From: an uncultured Acidobacteriota bacterium
Lineage (GTDB): Bacteria; Acidobacteriota; UBA6911; RPQK01; JAPXNP01
Length of the DNA: 64,000 bases
Assembly (NCBI GenBank): GCA_963777605.1
Contig: CAVZRV010000007.1
Span: 224,001-288,000, forward strand
Direction of reading: 5' to 3'
Shown: positions 1 to 8,067 of the stretch, piece by piece
Layout of the letters: every line of letters begins with the position of its first letter
Numbering within the stretch: the stretch's first letter is position 1
Position numbers and translations under genes: made by a program
The notes under the pieces: model-generated
What the model was told of the DNA's origin: nothing
Seen by the model: only the letters and a program-made list of their open reading frames with translations
The model's database searches: none

Positions 1-400
1 GTTCCGGCGTTCCTCGTTCGTGGATTGGAGCCAGGGCGAGACAGCCCGCGAGGCTGCACGTTGCGGCACCTCCGTCAACCCAGGCCAACTCGAACGCAAT
101 CAGGGCGAGGACCAGGTTCTTGGGGCCTTCGATAAAGCCGCCGTTTTCGGGATCCATAAAAGCTGCGGTTATGCCCGAATCATCGAACGCTTTCAGCAGG
201 CCGGACTTCGCCGCGGTCCATTCATGGGTGTTTCTGGCACCGTCGGCGACGAGGTGGGCAACCGGTCCCCGGGCCACAGCCCGGGCACTCTGCACCACCA
301 TCTGAAGATCGAAACGGTCAGGATAGCGCCACATAATCTGGCGCACATCATCTCCGGGCAGGGTCGAGAGTATTTCCGTCATGGGAACTGTTGAACTCAT
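1..400 (-). CDS. Acyl-CoA dehydrogenase family protein, N-terminal part (runs off window edge; not in ORF track)
   Basis: Manual translation from ATG at 400: MSSTVPMTEILSTLPGDDVRQIMWRYPDRFDLQMVVQSARAVARGPV...ALIAFELAWVDGGAATCSLAGCLALAPIHERGTPE; the 'E-L-A-x-x-D' and 'I-x-x-x-G-T-P-E' segments are typical of the ACAD N-terminal domain; open to the window edge. Confidence 0.75.
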   Translation of the reverse strand, partial: MSSTVPMTEILSTLPGDDVRQIMWRYPDRFDLQMVVQSARAVARGPVAHLVADGARNTHEWTAAKSGLLKAFDDSGITAAFMDPENGGFIEGPKNLVLALIAFELAWVDGGAATCSLAGCLALAPIHERGTPE

Positions 401-432
401 AGCCTTCTTGTTCTAGCGGGGGTTGACGTTTG

Positions 433-448
433 GCTAAAGCCGTGCCAA
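433..448 (-). promoter_or_regulatory. Candidate sigma-54 (-24/-12) promoter of the acyl-CoA dehydrogenase
   Basis: Minus strand reads TTGGCACGGCTTTAGC, with GG and GC at canonical spacing (consensus TGGCACG-N4-TTGC), 33 nt upstream of ATG. Confidence 0.6.
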
Positions 449-529
449 GGGAGAGATGATAGGGGAAAGGGGGATCTTAGTCAATTTCGACGGGCGCGCG
501 ACCAGTTGGCGGGGAGTGACGTGGGCGGC

Positions 530-721
530 GGTTTCTGGTTTCTGGTCCCTGGCTGTTCGGGTGCAGTCAAGACATCGGTAACACTTCATGAGGCCCAGAG
601 GCCGAAAGCCAGCACCTCGCCGGGGCTGCCCGGGGTCGGACTCGCCGGGCAGGATGCCCGGCCGACCTACCAGGCTGGCAGCCTGGATTACTCTCGCCCC
701 AGAAACCAGGAACCGGAACCC
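530..721. repeat. Composite intergenic repeat: inverted heptamer tracts enclosing REP-like hairpins
   Basis: GGTTTCT GGTTTCT GGTCCCT (530-550) versus AGAAACC AGGAACC GGAACCC (701-721); inner hairpins GCCGGGCA-GGA-TGCCCGGC (644-662, followed by CGACCTAC) and CCAGGCT-GGC-AGCCTGG (670-686). Confidence 0.6.
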
Positions 722-798
722 CGATTCCCACTGCTTCACTGGAACTCTGCCCACGCGCTGATTGCCCGTCCGTGACACGCCGATTCTCAGAATTTGCA

Positions 799-807
799 TG
801 TTATAAT
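799..807 (+). promoter_or_regulatory. Extended -10 promoter of tRNA-Thr
   Basis: TG-T-TATAAT 12 nt upstream of the tRNA 5' end. Confidence 0.7.
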
Positions 808-819
808 GTCCGACTTCGG

Positions 820-895
820 GCCGGCGTAGCTCAATCGGTAGAGCGACGCATTCGTAATGCGTAGGTTGGGGGTTCAATTCCCTTCGCCGGCTCCA
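820..895 (+). tRNA. tRNA-Thr(CGT)
   Basis: Cloverleaf: acceptor GCCGGCG/CGCCGGC, D arm GCTC/GAGC, anticodon arm ACGCA-TTCGTAA-TGCGT, T loop TTCAATT, encoded CCA. Confidence 0.97.
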
Positions 896-911
896 CCATT
901 CTTTCATCCGC

Positions 912-1250
912 ATGGCACAAGAAAGAAGGAAGTTTTACCGCTGGCCACTTTCGCTCCACTGCGTCTGCCGCAGCGAGGCAGGCACCTTCACGGCTGAAAT
1001 CTCCAACCTCTCGTTCGGAGGCGCCCGAGTCGTCAGGGCTACCATCATCCCTTCCGAGGGCTCCGACATCGACGTTGTTCTCCACCGGAAGGACTACAGC
1101 GTTTCGTTCCGTTGCCATGTCTACTATGTGGAGCAGGGTGGCGACGCGGCTTTCGGAATCGAGTTTTACGGCACTCAGGAAGAGCGCACTCAGAAACTTC
1201 TCCCCCTGATGCGAAGTTCCGTCGAAACGGGCGAAGACTTAGTCCACTGA
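912..1250 (+). CDS. Stand-alone PilZ-domain protein (putative c-di-GMP receptor)
   Basis: ERRKFYR (RxxxR) and NLSFGG (D/NxSxxG) motifs, C-terminal GIEF; 112 aa. Confidence 0.85.
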   Translation: MAQERRKFYRWPLSLHCVCRSEAGTFTAEISNLSFGGARVVRATIIPSEGSDIDVVLHRKDYSVSFRCHVYYVEQGGDAAFGIEFYGTQEERTQKLLPLMRSSVETGEDLVH

Positions 1251-2036
1251 ACTGACTTCGCGGATCTTCAAATAGTGTCGGTGGAGCACCATCAATCCCC
1301 AAACCATAGCAAGAATCATCAGGGCGGCCCCTGCCCAGTGTGATGCGGTTGCGATTCCCTGATCATGGCTGAGGAGCCCCGTTTCGTTGAGAAGGTATTG
1401 CCAGTCGTGGAAGCCGTAGGGAGCTGTCTGCCCGGTGTTTCCGCCAATCAGGGGAAGGATTCCGGCCCGAGCATCGTTGATATAGGGCGCTATGTCAACG
1501 AAGTTCTCGCCGAACCACCATAGCGAAACCGCCCCGCCGAACGGGTCTCCGGTCCGCCACACCAGCGTCACCCCACAGATCAGTGGGATCAGCAACTGGC
1601 CGAGAGTCCCGCCCAAAGATGCGACGAATTTCCCCAGGGGAGAGAAGAAGATGTGGCCGGCCTCGTGAAACGGGAGGTTGATCAGATGCAGAAAGCTGTT
1701 GCCAGCCCCGTTCGACCCGGGGGAACTGAGAATCAGGGAGAGCCCCCAGAGAGCAAGCGCCGCGAGGAAGATTCCCCGGGCCGCCAGTCCGGCTCCCCCG
1801 GTCTCCTCAGGCAGGTTGAGCAACCATTCGGAAAGCCGGTCGGAGCCAAAGTCAACAACCGCGGGTGGGGGCGGTGGTGGAGGACTTGCAGTACTTGGAA
1901 GACTCCGGAGTCGAAGGTACTTCTCGACCACAATCCCGCAGTCGGGACAGTCCAGGAAGGGGACCTTACCTGAATAGCCACAGTTTGGACAAAGCGTAAC
2001 TCGTTTCATCACCGTCCCAAACGGTTCCTCGTCCAT
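1239..2036 (-). CDS. Zinc-ribbon membrane protein with HExxH (peptidase M50B-like)
   Basis: CPNC/CPDC, poly-Pro linker, TM helices, FHEAGH and HDW motifs. Confidence 0.7.
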   Translation of the reverse strand: MDEEPFGTVMKRVTLCPNCGYSGKVPFLDCPDCGIVVEKYLRLRSLPSTASPPPPPPPAVVDFGSDRLSEWLLNLPEETGGAGLAARGIFLAALALWGLSLILSSPGSNGAGNSFLHLINLPFHEAGHIFFSPLGKFVASLGGTLGQLLIPLICGVTLVWRTGDPFGGAVSLWWFGENFVDIAPYINDARAGILPLIGGNTGQTAPYGFHDWQYLLNETGLLSHDQGIATASHWAGAALMILAMVWGLMVLHRHYLKIREVSSVD

Positions 2037-2158
2037 GCATATCGGCAGGACCTGCCATGGTCTTCAGCTTTGGATGAGCCGGAATTCGGAGAATGCTCTC
2101 GTGGAGGAGGAACAACTCACGCCGACCCAAAAACCGGTTGATGCTAAGCTCAAGTGTA

Positions 2159-3019
2159 ATGAAACTGACGAGACGGCAGCTCTTGCTGTCCGCCGGAGTA
2201 TCGTCCTTTGGCATATCGGCTGTCGCGGCCGGGACCGGTTTCTACGGCGGCTATTTCGAAACCGAGTGGCTGGAAGTCACCCGGATTGCGATTCCGATTC
2301 AGGGACTGCCGGAAGGTTTGGACGGATTTCGAATCCTCCAACTGAGCGACTTTCACCTCTTTCCGCACACGCGCATCGAGTTCATTCGGGAAGTCATTGA
2401 CCAAGCCAACACCTTTGACCCCGACCTCATCACGCTGACCGGCGACTTCGTGTTGGGCAACGTCGACTCCATTTTCGAACTCGCCCCGGCATTGGCCCGC
2501 CTCAATGCCCGGTTTGGGATCTACTCAGTCCTGGGAAACCATGATCTCTGGAAGGGGAAAAAGGTGGTCGAAGAAGGATTGGCCGCCGAAGGCCTGGAGT
2601 TGCTGACCAACCGAGGGATCAACCTTACCGTCGGAAGAAACACGATCTACCTGGCCGGGGTAGACGACTGCTGGTCGGGTCAGCCGGACCTCGAAGCAGC
2701 CATGGATAAGTGCCCGGAAAACGCGACCACGATCTTGCTCTCGCACGAACCGGACCCGGCAGACAATTACTCGCAGGATTCCCGGATTTCCCTTCAACTG
2801 TCTGGCCATAGCCATGGAGGGCAAGTTCGAATTCCGTTCTGGGGATCTCCGTTTCTGCCCCCATTCGGACGGGTCTACGACCAGGGCCTTTTCAAGGTGG
2901 GGAAAATGTGGCTCTACACTAATCGCGGGGTGGGAGTTACCGTACCGATCCGGCTGAACTGCCGTCCTGAGCTCACCGTCATCACCTTGACTCGGGACGT
3001 TGCGGCGGTGCCGGCATAG
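2159..3019 (+). CDS. Metallophosphoesterase (YkuE-like) with Tat signal
   Basis: MKLTRRQLL Tat motif; DFH, TGDF, GNHD, SHEP, SGHSHGGQ motifs; start moved to ATG 2159. Confidence 0.9.
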   Translation: MKLTRRQLLLSAGVSSFGISAVAAGTGFYGGYFETEWLEVTRIAIPIQGLPEGLDGFRILQLSDFHLFPHTRIEFIREVIDQANTFDPDLITLTGDFVLGNVDSIFELAPALARLNARFGIYSVLGNHDLWKGKKVVEEGLAAEGLELLTNRGINLTVGRNTIYLAGVDDCWSGQPDLEAAMDKCPENATTILLSHEPDPADNYSQDSRISLQLSGHSHGGQVRIPFWGSPFLPPFGRVYDQGLFKVGKMWLYTNRGVGVTVPIRLNCRPELTVITLTRDVAAVPA

Positions 3020-3047
3020 CTTGGGCAGAGCGAATCCGTCAACTGGT

Positions 3048-3128
3048 GTGGCACGGGCGGCCCCGGACGTGCGCCGGAAGAACAAAACGATAAGTTCCGT
3101 GGGCCACAGGCGGGGACGCCTGTGCCAC
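3048..3128. repeat. Inverted REP-like doublet (REPIN-type) between convergent genes
   Basis: GTGGCACGGGCGGCCCCGGACGTG (3048-3071) matches the reverse complement of CACAGGCGGGGACGCCTGTGCCAC (3105-3128) at 19/24. Confidence 0.65.
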
Positions 3129-3269
3129 TCTGGCGGCCAGCGCTTGTGGCCCCCTTCCGCCGTGCCGTTCAATTCCCGTTGATCGCCGCGGCGCGGGAGA
3201 GGGGCCGATTCGTTCGAAGCCGGCAGCGGAGACTCACGATCGCCGCTGCCAGCCGATTGTCACGCGGCC

Positions 3270-3926
3270 TTACTCGGCGGCATCGAGATCGCGAACATAG
3301 ATATCCTTGAACATCATGTTCCCTAGCCCGCCGGAGTGCAGTTGAAGTGCAATATACCCGTCTGATACCTCGGGTTTGGGATTAGTGAAATCAAGCACCT
3401 GGACCCCGTTCAGATAGCAGACATAACGGTTCCCCTCGACCTTCAGCAGCATCTCGTTCCAGTCGGTGGGCCGGATCAGAGGCTCGAATTCAGGAGCGGG
3501 CCAAGCTTCCCACCCGCGGTTGTCACCGTAAACTCCCCCGCTGTGGTGGCCGATAGTCCGGTCGATTTCAAACTGGCGTCCCTGGCTCACATCGACCGTT
3601 CCAGGCTTGAAGTCGGTATGGAAGTAGACGCCGCTATTGCCGTCGGCCAGGCACTTGAAACGGAGGAACATGTGGAAGTTCTTGTACTTCTTCTCCGTCC
3701 GAAGGTACCCGTAAGCACTGGTCACGCCTTCACCATGAATCTCGCCGTCAGCGGTGACCTCCCACTTCTCCTGACCAACCTTGACCCAGTTGGTCAAGTC
3801 TTTCCCGGTGAAGAGCTTCACCCAGGATTCACCCGGCAGGGGCGGCCTCTGTGGCCGCTGCCCGTAGACGGAAACGAGGAAGAAAAGGCACACGCTGATG
3901 AAGACGAACGAACGATTCCTGGTCAT
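3270..3926 (-). CDS. DUF1080 / 3-keto-disaccharide hydrolase family, secreted
   Basis: Signal peptide; WVKLFTGKDLTNW, NSGVYF, GYIALQLH, FKDIYVR motifs. Confidence 0.9.
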   Translation of the reverse strand: MTRNRSFVFISVCLFFLVSVYGQRPQRPPLPGESWVKLFTGKDLTNWVKVGQEKWEVTADGEIHGEGVTSAYGYLRTEKKYKNFHMFLRFKCLADGNSGVYFHTDFKPGTVDVSQGRQFEIDRTIGHHSGGVYGDNRGWEAWPAPEFEPLIRPTDWNEMLLKVEGNRYVCYLNGVQVLDFTNPKPEVSDGYIALQLHSGGLGNMMFKDIYVRDLDAAE

Positions 3927-4024
3927 TAAACTACCCCTTTCTGTTTAACAAGTGGCGCTACCTGGCGCCTCTTTCCATCACTACACGCCCGCGGCCCGGC
4001 AGGAAATCTCAGGACGGGCCGGAC

Positions 4025-5068
4025 TCATTTCTCCAGCCAATTCAGAATCACTTTGCCCGAACTGCCGGATCGCATAATCTCAAATGCTTCACGATAGTCA
4101 GTGTAGTGAAAACGGTGCGTGATCACACTGTTGATGTCGAGACCGGTCAAAATCATGGACTGCATGAGATACCAGGTCTCATACATCTCCCGCCCGTAAA
4201 TCCCACGGATCGTCAGGCTATTGAAGATGACGGTGTTCCAGTCGATGGCCAGCTCTTTAGTCGGGATCCCGAGGAGCGCAACCTTCCCTCCGTGGCAGAG
4301 GTTGGCAAGCATGTCCTGGAAAGCCTGCCCATTGCCCGACATTTCCAGCCCCACGTCAAATCCTTCCTTCATGCCGAGCTCTTTCTGAACGTCAGCGATG
4401 GAGTGCTTGCTGACATCCAGCGCAACCGTGGCACCCATTTTCCGGGCCAATTCAAGCCGGTACGGATTCACATCCGTCGTAACGACATAGCGGGCACCCG
4501 CCTGCTTGGCGATCGCAGTCGCCATGCACCCAATCGGGCCGGCTCCCGTGATCAGGACATCCTCTCCCAAAACCGGATAGGCCAGCGCACTGTGCGTCGC
4601 GTTCCCAAAAGGATCGAATATCGAGAGCAAGTCCATCGGGATGTTCGGATCGGCATGCCAGACGTTCGTGACAGGGATGGACAGGTACTCGGCGTAGGCC
4701 CCGGGCCGGTTGACCCCTACGCCACTCGTTCGTGGGCAGAGGTGCCGTCTGCCTGCCAGGCAGTTTCGACAGCGTCCGCATACAATGTGCCCTTCTCCCG
4801 AGACAATCTCGCCGATCTCCAGGTCGGTCACATTCTCTCCAAAGGCTTCCACCGTACCGACAAATTCATGGCCGATCGTCATCGGAACCGGAATCGTTTT
4901 CTGGGCCCATTCATCCCAGTTCCAGATATGCACGTCGGTACCGCAGATGGAGGTCTTGTGGATCTTGATTAGAACATCATTAATGCCAATTTTGGGGACC
5001 GGGACCTCTTCCAGCCACAAACCCTCGGCACGCTCCCGTTTGACCAGCGCCTTCATCGTTTTTTCCAT
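4025..5068 (-). CDS. tdh: L-threonine 3-dehydrogenase
   Basis: [39 protein letters not shown]. Confidence 0.96.
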   Translation of the reverse strand: MEKTMKALVKRERAEGLWLEEVPVPKIGINDVLIKIHKTSICGTDVHIWNWDEWAQKTIPVPMTIGHEFVGTVEAFGENVTDLEIGEIVSGEGHIVCGRCRNCLAGRRHLCPRTSGVGVNRPGAYAEYLSIPVTNVWHADPNIPMDLLSIFDPFGNATHSALAYPVLGEDVLITGAGPIGCMATAIAKQAGARYVVTTDVNPYRLELARKMGATVALDVSKHSIADVQKELGMKEGFDVGLEMSGNGQAFQDMLANLCHGGKVALLGIPTKELAIDWNTVIFNSLTIRGIYGREMYETWYLMQSMILTGLDINSVITHRFHYTDYREAFEIMRSGSSGKVILNWLEK

Positions 5069-5156
5069 ACTCGGAAATCATAACTCAGAAGCTGAAAAGG
5101 TTCTCCCGGGGTGGGCTGAAAGACTCGCCGGCTTGAACTTCCTCGTGGGATTCGCA

Positions 5157-5963
5157 ATGATAGCTCGGTTCGTGACATTCCTTCTTGCGGTCTGGACACT
5201 ATGGAGACGTGAACTGGTGCGGTTTCTGCGCCAGCGCGGTCGTGTCTTCGGGGCACTGGGTACTCCCCTCTTGATCTGGCTCTTCATCGGTTCGGGCATC
5301 GGCAGTTCGTTCCATCTCCCCGGATCTGAAGGGAACCTCAATTATTTGCAGTACTTCTTCCCGGGGACGATCCTGCTGGTAATCCTGTTCACAACCATCT
5401 TCTCCAGCCTCTCGGTCATCGAAGATCGGAAGGAAGGCTTTCTGCTCTCCGTCCTGGTCGCACCGATCTCGAGACAGGCGATCGTGCTCGGAAAGATTTT
5501 GGGAGCCTCGACGCTTGCGATTGGCCAGGGAGTCCTCCTTCTTGCGCTCAGCCCAATGCTGGGCGTCACCCTGACTTTCGGACGAGTGGTCGAACTGGTA
5601 ATCCTGATCGTTTTGGCATCGCTGGCCCTGTCCGCGCTCGGGTTCGCTTCTGCCTGGAAGACCGGCTCGATGGAGGCATATCACTCGGTGATGAATCTCC
5701 TCCTGTTCCCTCTCTGGCTGTTGTCCGGCGCCGTATTCCCTGCCCAGGGAGCGTTCACGTGGATCCGGTGGATCATGCGACTCAATCCCCTCTCCTACAC
5801 CCTGTCGGGATTGCAGTACCTTCTCTACCAGGCTCCCCCGGGCGCAGCCCAGGGTTCGGGACCATTCATCGTTGCCGTTCTCGTCACAGGCGCATTTGGA
5901 ATCGCCGTTTTCGCAATCTCCGTCGGATTGATCGCTCACGGGAAAATCACCGGGATGGACTGA
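5157..5963 (+). CDS. ABC-2 type transporter permease
   Basis: LWRRELVRFLR, FFPG, EDRKEGFL..VLVAP, LSGAVFP, LNPLSY; start moved to ATG 5157. Confidence 0.88.
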   Translation: MIARFVTFLLAVWTLWRRELVRFLRQRGRVFGALGTPLLIWLFIGSGIGSSFHLPGSEGNLNYLQYFFPGTILLVILFTTIFSSLSVIEDRKEGFLLSVLVAPISRQAIVLGKILGASTLAIGQGVLLLALSPMLGVTLTFGRVVELVILIVLASLALSALGFASAWKTGSMEAYHSVMNLLLFPLWLLSGAVFPAQGAFTWIRWIMRLNPLSYTLSGLQYLLYQAPPGAAQGSGPFIVAVLVTGAFGIAVFAISVGLIAHGKITGMD

Positions 5964-6379
5964 TGGAGATTCAGGACCTTCCCACTCTGAATGCCACTCT
6001 CAACGGAACGAGCGCACTGCTGCTTAGCGCCGGCTACTACTTCATCCGGCGAAAAGAGACCACCCGACATCGCAATGCCATGATCGGGGCACTGATTTCA
6101 TCAACCCTGTTCCTGATCTCCTACCTCATCTATCACGCCGAGATCGGTTCTCGGCCCTACCACGGACAGGGGTGGATCCGTCCCGTCTATTTCGCGATCC
6201 TGATCAGCCACACGATACTGGCCGCAGCTCTTGTGCCGCTCGTCATCATGACGGTCTCCCGCGCCTGGAAAGGACTCTTCTCCCGACACCGAAGGATCGC
6301 CCGGTACACGTTGCCGATCTGGATCTACGTGTCGGTCACCGGAGTAGTGATCTACTCGATGCTCTATCTGTTGAGTTAG
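5963..6379 (+). CDS. DUF420 (YozB/CtaM-like) membrane protein
   Basis: LPTLNATLNG, HRNAM, HTILA, HRRIAR..PIWIYVSVTGV; start overlaps permease stop. Confidence 0.9.
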   Translation: MEIQDLPTLNATLNGTSALLLSAGYYFIRRKETTRHRNAMIGALISSTLFLISYLIYHAEIGSRPYHGQGWIRPVYFAILISHTILAAALVPLVIMTVSRAWKGLFSRHRRIARYTLPIWIYVSVTGVVIYSMLYLLS

Positions 6380-6430
6380 CAGGAGGGAAGGGTTAGACAG
6401 CCCGAGGAAGAGGGCCGGGCCATCCAGGGT

Positions 6431-6685
6431 TCAGGCGACTTCGAATACCTCTTCCTGCTCCTCGTCGCGCGGTTCCATCGGTGGGAGGTCCATTTTCGCG
6501 GACCGAGAGTTCTTCAGGGGCCGCTTGTAGTAATGAGGATGCGCTGCTTTGGAAGCAGAATACACCGCCTCCCAGCAGTTTGGACAGCTGTCCAAATGCA
6601 TCAAAAAATCGAGACGATCATCCTCCTCCAGCCTGTTCTGGAGGAAGCTCACCAAAACCTCGCGTTTGCACTTTTCTGTATTCAT
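6431..6685 (-). CDS. Orphan soluble ZAS/zf-HC2 (anti-sigma-like) microprotein, 84 aa
   Basis: C6-x23-H30-x3-C34-x2-C37 (MHLDSCPNC); GGAG SD upstream; no TM; acidic tail. Confidence 0.75.
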   Translation of the reverse strand: MNTEKCKREVLVSFLQNRLEEDDRLDFLMHLDSCPNCWEAVYSASKAAHPHYYKRPLKNSRSAKMDLPPMEPRDEEQEEVFEVA

Positions 6686-6702
6686 TTTCAAACTCCAACC
6701 TA

Positions 6703-6732
6703 TTAGACAGTGGCATCCAAGCCAAAGTTTCA
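6703..6732 (-). promoter_or_regulatory. Candidate ECF sigma promoter of the ZAS microprotein
   Basis: Minus strand TGAAACTT-N16-GTCTAA, 17 nt upstream of ATG. Confidence 0.6.
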
Positions 6733-6879
6733 CACACCAAGAAGAAATTCTTGCTTTAGATCGGCGAAATTCGCCATTGTCTTATGACAGGGATCACAAT
6801 CGGCAAAGAAAGTTTCAGGCGGGTGCAGAACCTCTGCTGTGCGAAGGTCAACCGGAAAGGTGTGATTTGGCACAGGTGG

Positions 6880-6900
6880 TTGAACCGCCAAGGCTCCAAG
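6880..6900 (+). repeat. Single arm of the 'AACCGC(C/A)AAG-NCGCNAAG' intergenic repeat family
   Basis: TTGAACCGCCAAGGCTCCAAG is 19/21 identical to the reverse complement of 40417-40437. Confidence 0.55.
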
Positions 6901-7092
6901 AACGACAGAATCTCCTTTCTTTTGAACCCGGGAGAACCCTGGCAATCTAACGCGGATCAGCGGATCAAGAGAACGATGGCCGGTCAAACTCCAGTCCGGC
7001 GGCACCCCCGCGCCTTGCACGATTTAGTCGGGCAGCGGACAGTTTCGATCCCCTTCGAGTCACACCTTCTCAATCTATCCGAAAGGGACCGA

Positions 7093-8064
7093 TTACGATT
7101 CGCTCTCGAACTCCTGGAGAATTGACCGAAAGACCGGCAGTTCGATATTGCACCCGGAATGGACAAGAGCGACCGAGCGGCCGTTCAAGCGATCTCTCAT
7201 CCGGTATGCTGCCGCAAGGCTCGCGGCAGCGGCGGGTTCGGCAACATGATGGGTAGTCCGGAAGAAGCGATAGACCGCGGACCGGATCTCTTCCTCGGTC
7301 ACGGTGACAATCTCATCGATGTGCTGCCGCATAACGGATAGCGGCAGTTCGAAGGGAACCCGCGTAGCAAGACCGTCCGCGATCGTATCCGCCGAGTCTG
7401 TCTGGATAATTCTGCCTTCCTTCCAGGACTGGTAAACCGCCGAAGCCCGTTCGGCCTGCACCCCGATGACCTCCACTTTCGCCTTCAGGGCGCGCGCCAC
7501 GGTCAGGGTCCCGGATGCGCCGCTTCCGCCCCCAATCGGGACGATGATTACATCGACCCGGGGAAGTTCTTCAAAAATCTCCAGTGCGTAGGTCGCCACG
7601 CCGTGGATAAGATGAGGTTCATTCCCCGAGTGAACGTACCGGAGTCCCTCTTTCTGTTGGAGTTCCTCCACTTTCTCTCGGGCCTCGTCGAAATCCCGGC
7701 CATAGACGACCAACTCCGCACCGTAGTTGCGGATGGCCTGGTTCTTCTCCGGGTTGTTGCCTTCCGGAACCACGACAACGCAACGCAACCCAAAGAGCCT
7801 GCTTGCCAGGGCAATCGACTGGCCGTGATTGCCCCTGGTCGCGGTCACCAGACCCTGAGTCGCCCCCTCGGATCGGAGTGCCGAAACCAGGTTGATCCCT
7901 CCCCGGATCTTGAAGGCTCCAGTCGGATTGGATGCTTCATGTTTGACCCAGGCCTGGCAGGAGAGCAGTTGGGACAGGAACGGATATTCGACGAGGGGCG
8001 TCGGCTTGAGATAGGGACGGATTCGCGTTCGAGCTTCGAGAACACCCGCAAGAGAAAGTTCCAT
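7093..8064 (-). CDS. PLP-dependent threonine/serine dehydratase family (no ACT domain)
   Basis: PTPL, NPTGAFKIRGG (PLP Lys), GNHGQ, PIGGG, TIADGLA. Confidence 0.9.
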   Translation of the reverse strand: MELSLAGVLEARTRIRPYLKPTPLVEYPFLSQLLSCQAWVKHEASNPTGAFKIRGGINLVSALRSEGATQGLVTATRGNHGQSIALASRLFGLRCVVVVPEGNNPEKNQAIRNYGAELVVYGRDFDEAREKVEELQQKEGLRYVHSGNEPHLIHGVATYALEIFEELPRVDVIIVPIGGGSGASGTLTVARALKAKVEVIGVQAERASAVYQSWKEGRIIQTDSADTIADGLATRVPFELPLSVMRQHIDEIVTVTEEEIRSAVYRFFRTTHHVAEPAAAASLAAAYRMRDRLNGRSVALVHSGCNIELPVFRSILQEFESES

Positions 8065-8067
8065 GGC

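Noticed and set aside
20-394. 124-aa plus-strand ORF
   Set aside because: Antisense shadow of the minus-strand acyl-CoA dehydrogenase, which has recognisable motifs and a promoter
820-1300. Genomic island integrated at tRNA-Thr
   Set aside because: No integrase, and no duplicated tRNA 3' end noticed in the window
4710-5156. N-terminal extension of the ABC permease ORF
   Set aside because: Overlaps tdh on the opposite strand; permease homology starts at ATG 5157. Similar over-extensions were trimmed for 32399, 19039, 23006 and 43608
6861-6883. Sigma-54 or CRP site TGTGATTTGGCACAGGTGGTTGA
   Set aside because: Lacks the -12 GC, CRP half-site spacing is wrong, and no plus-strand gene follows
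6735-7092. Structured ncRNA (6S/SRP/tmRNA) in the ~350-nt intergenic gap
   Set aside because: No diagnostic motifs recognised; only a repeat arm and a second TGAAACTTT (6809-6817) without a properly spaced -10. An Rfam scan would be needed
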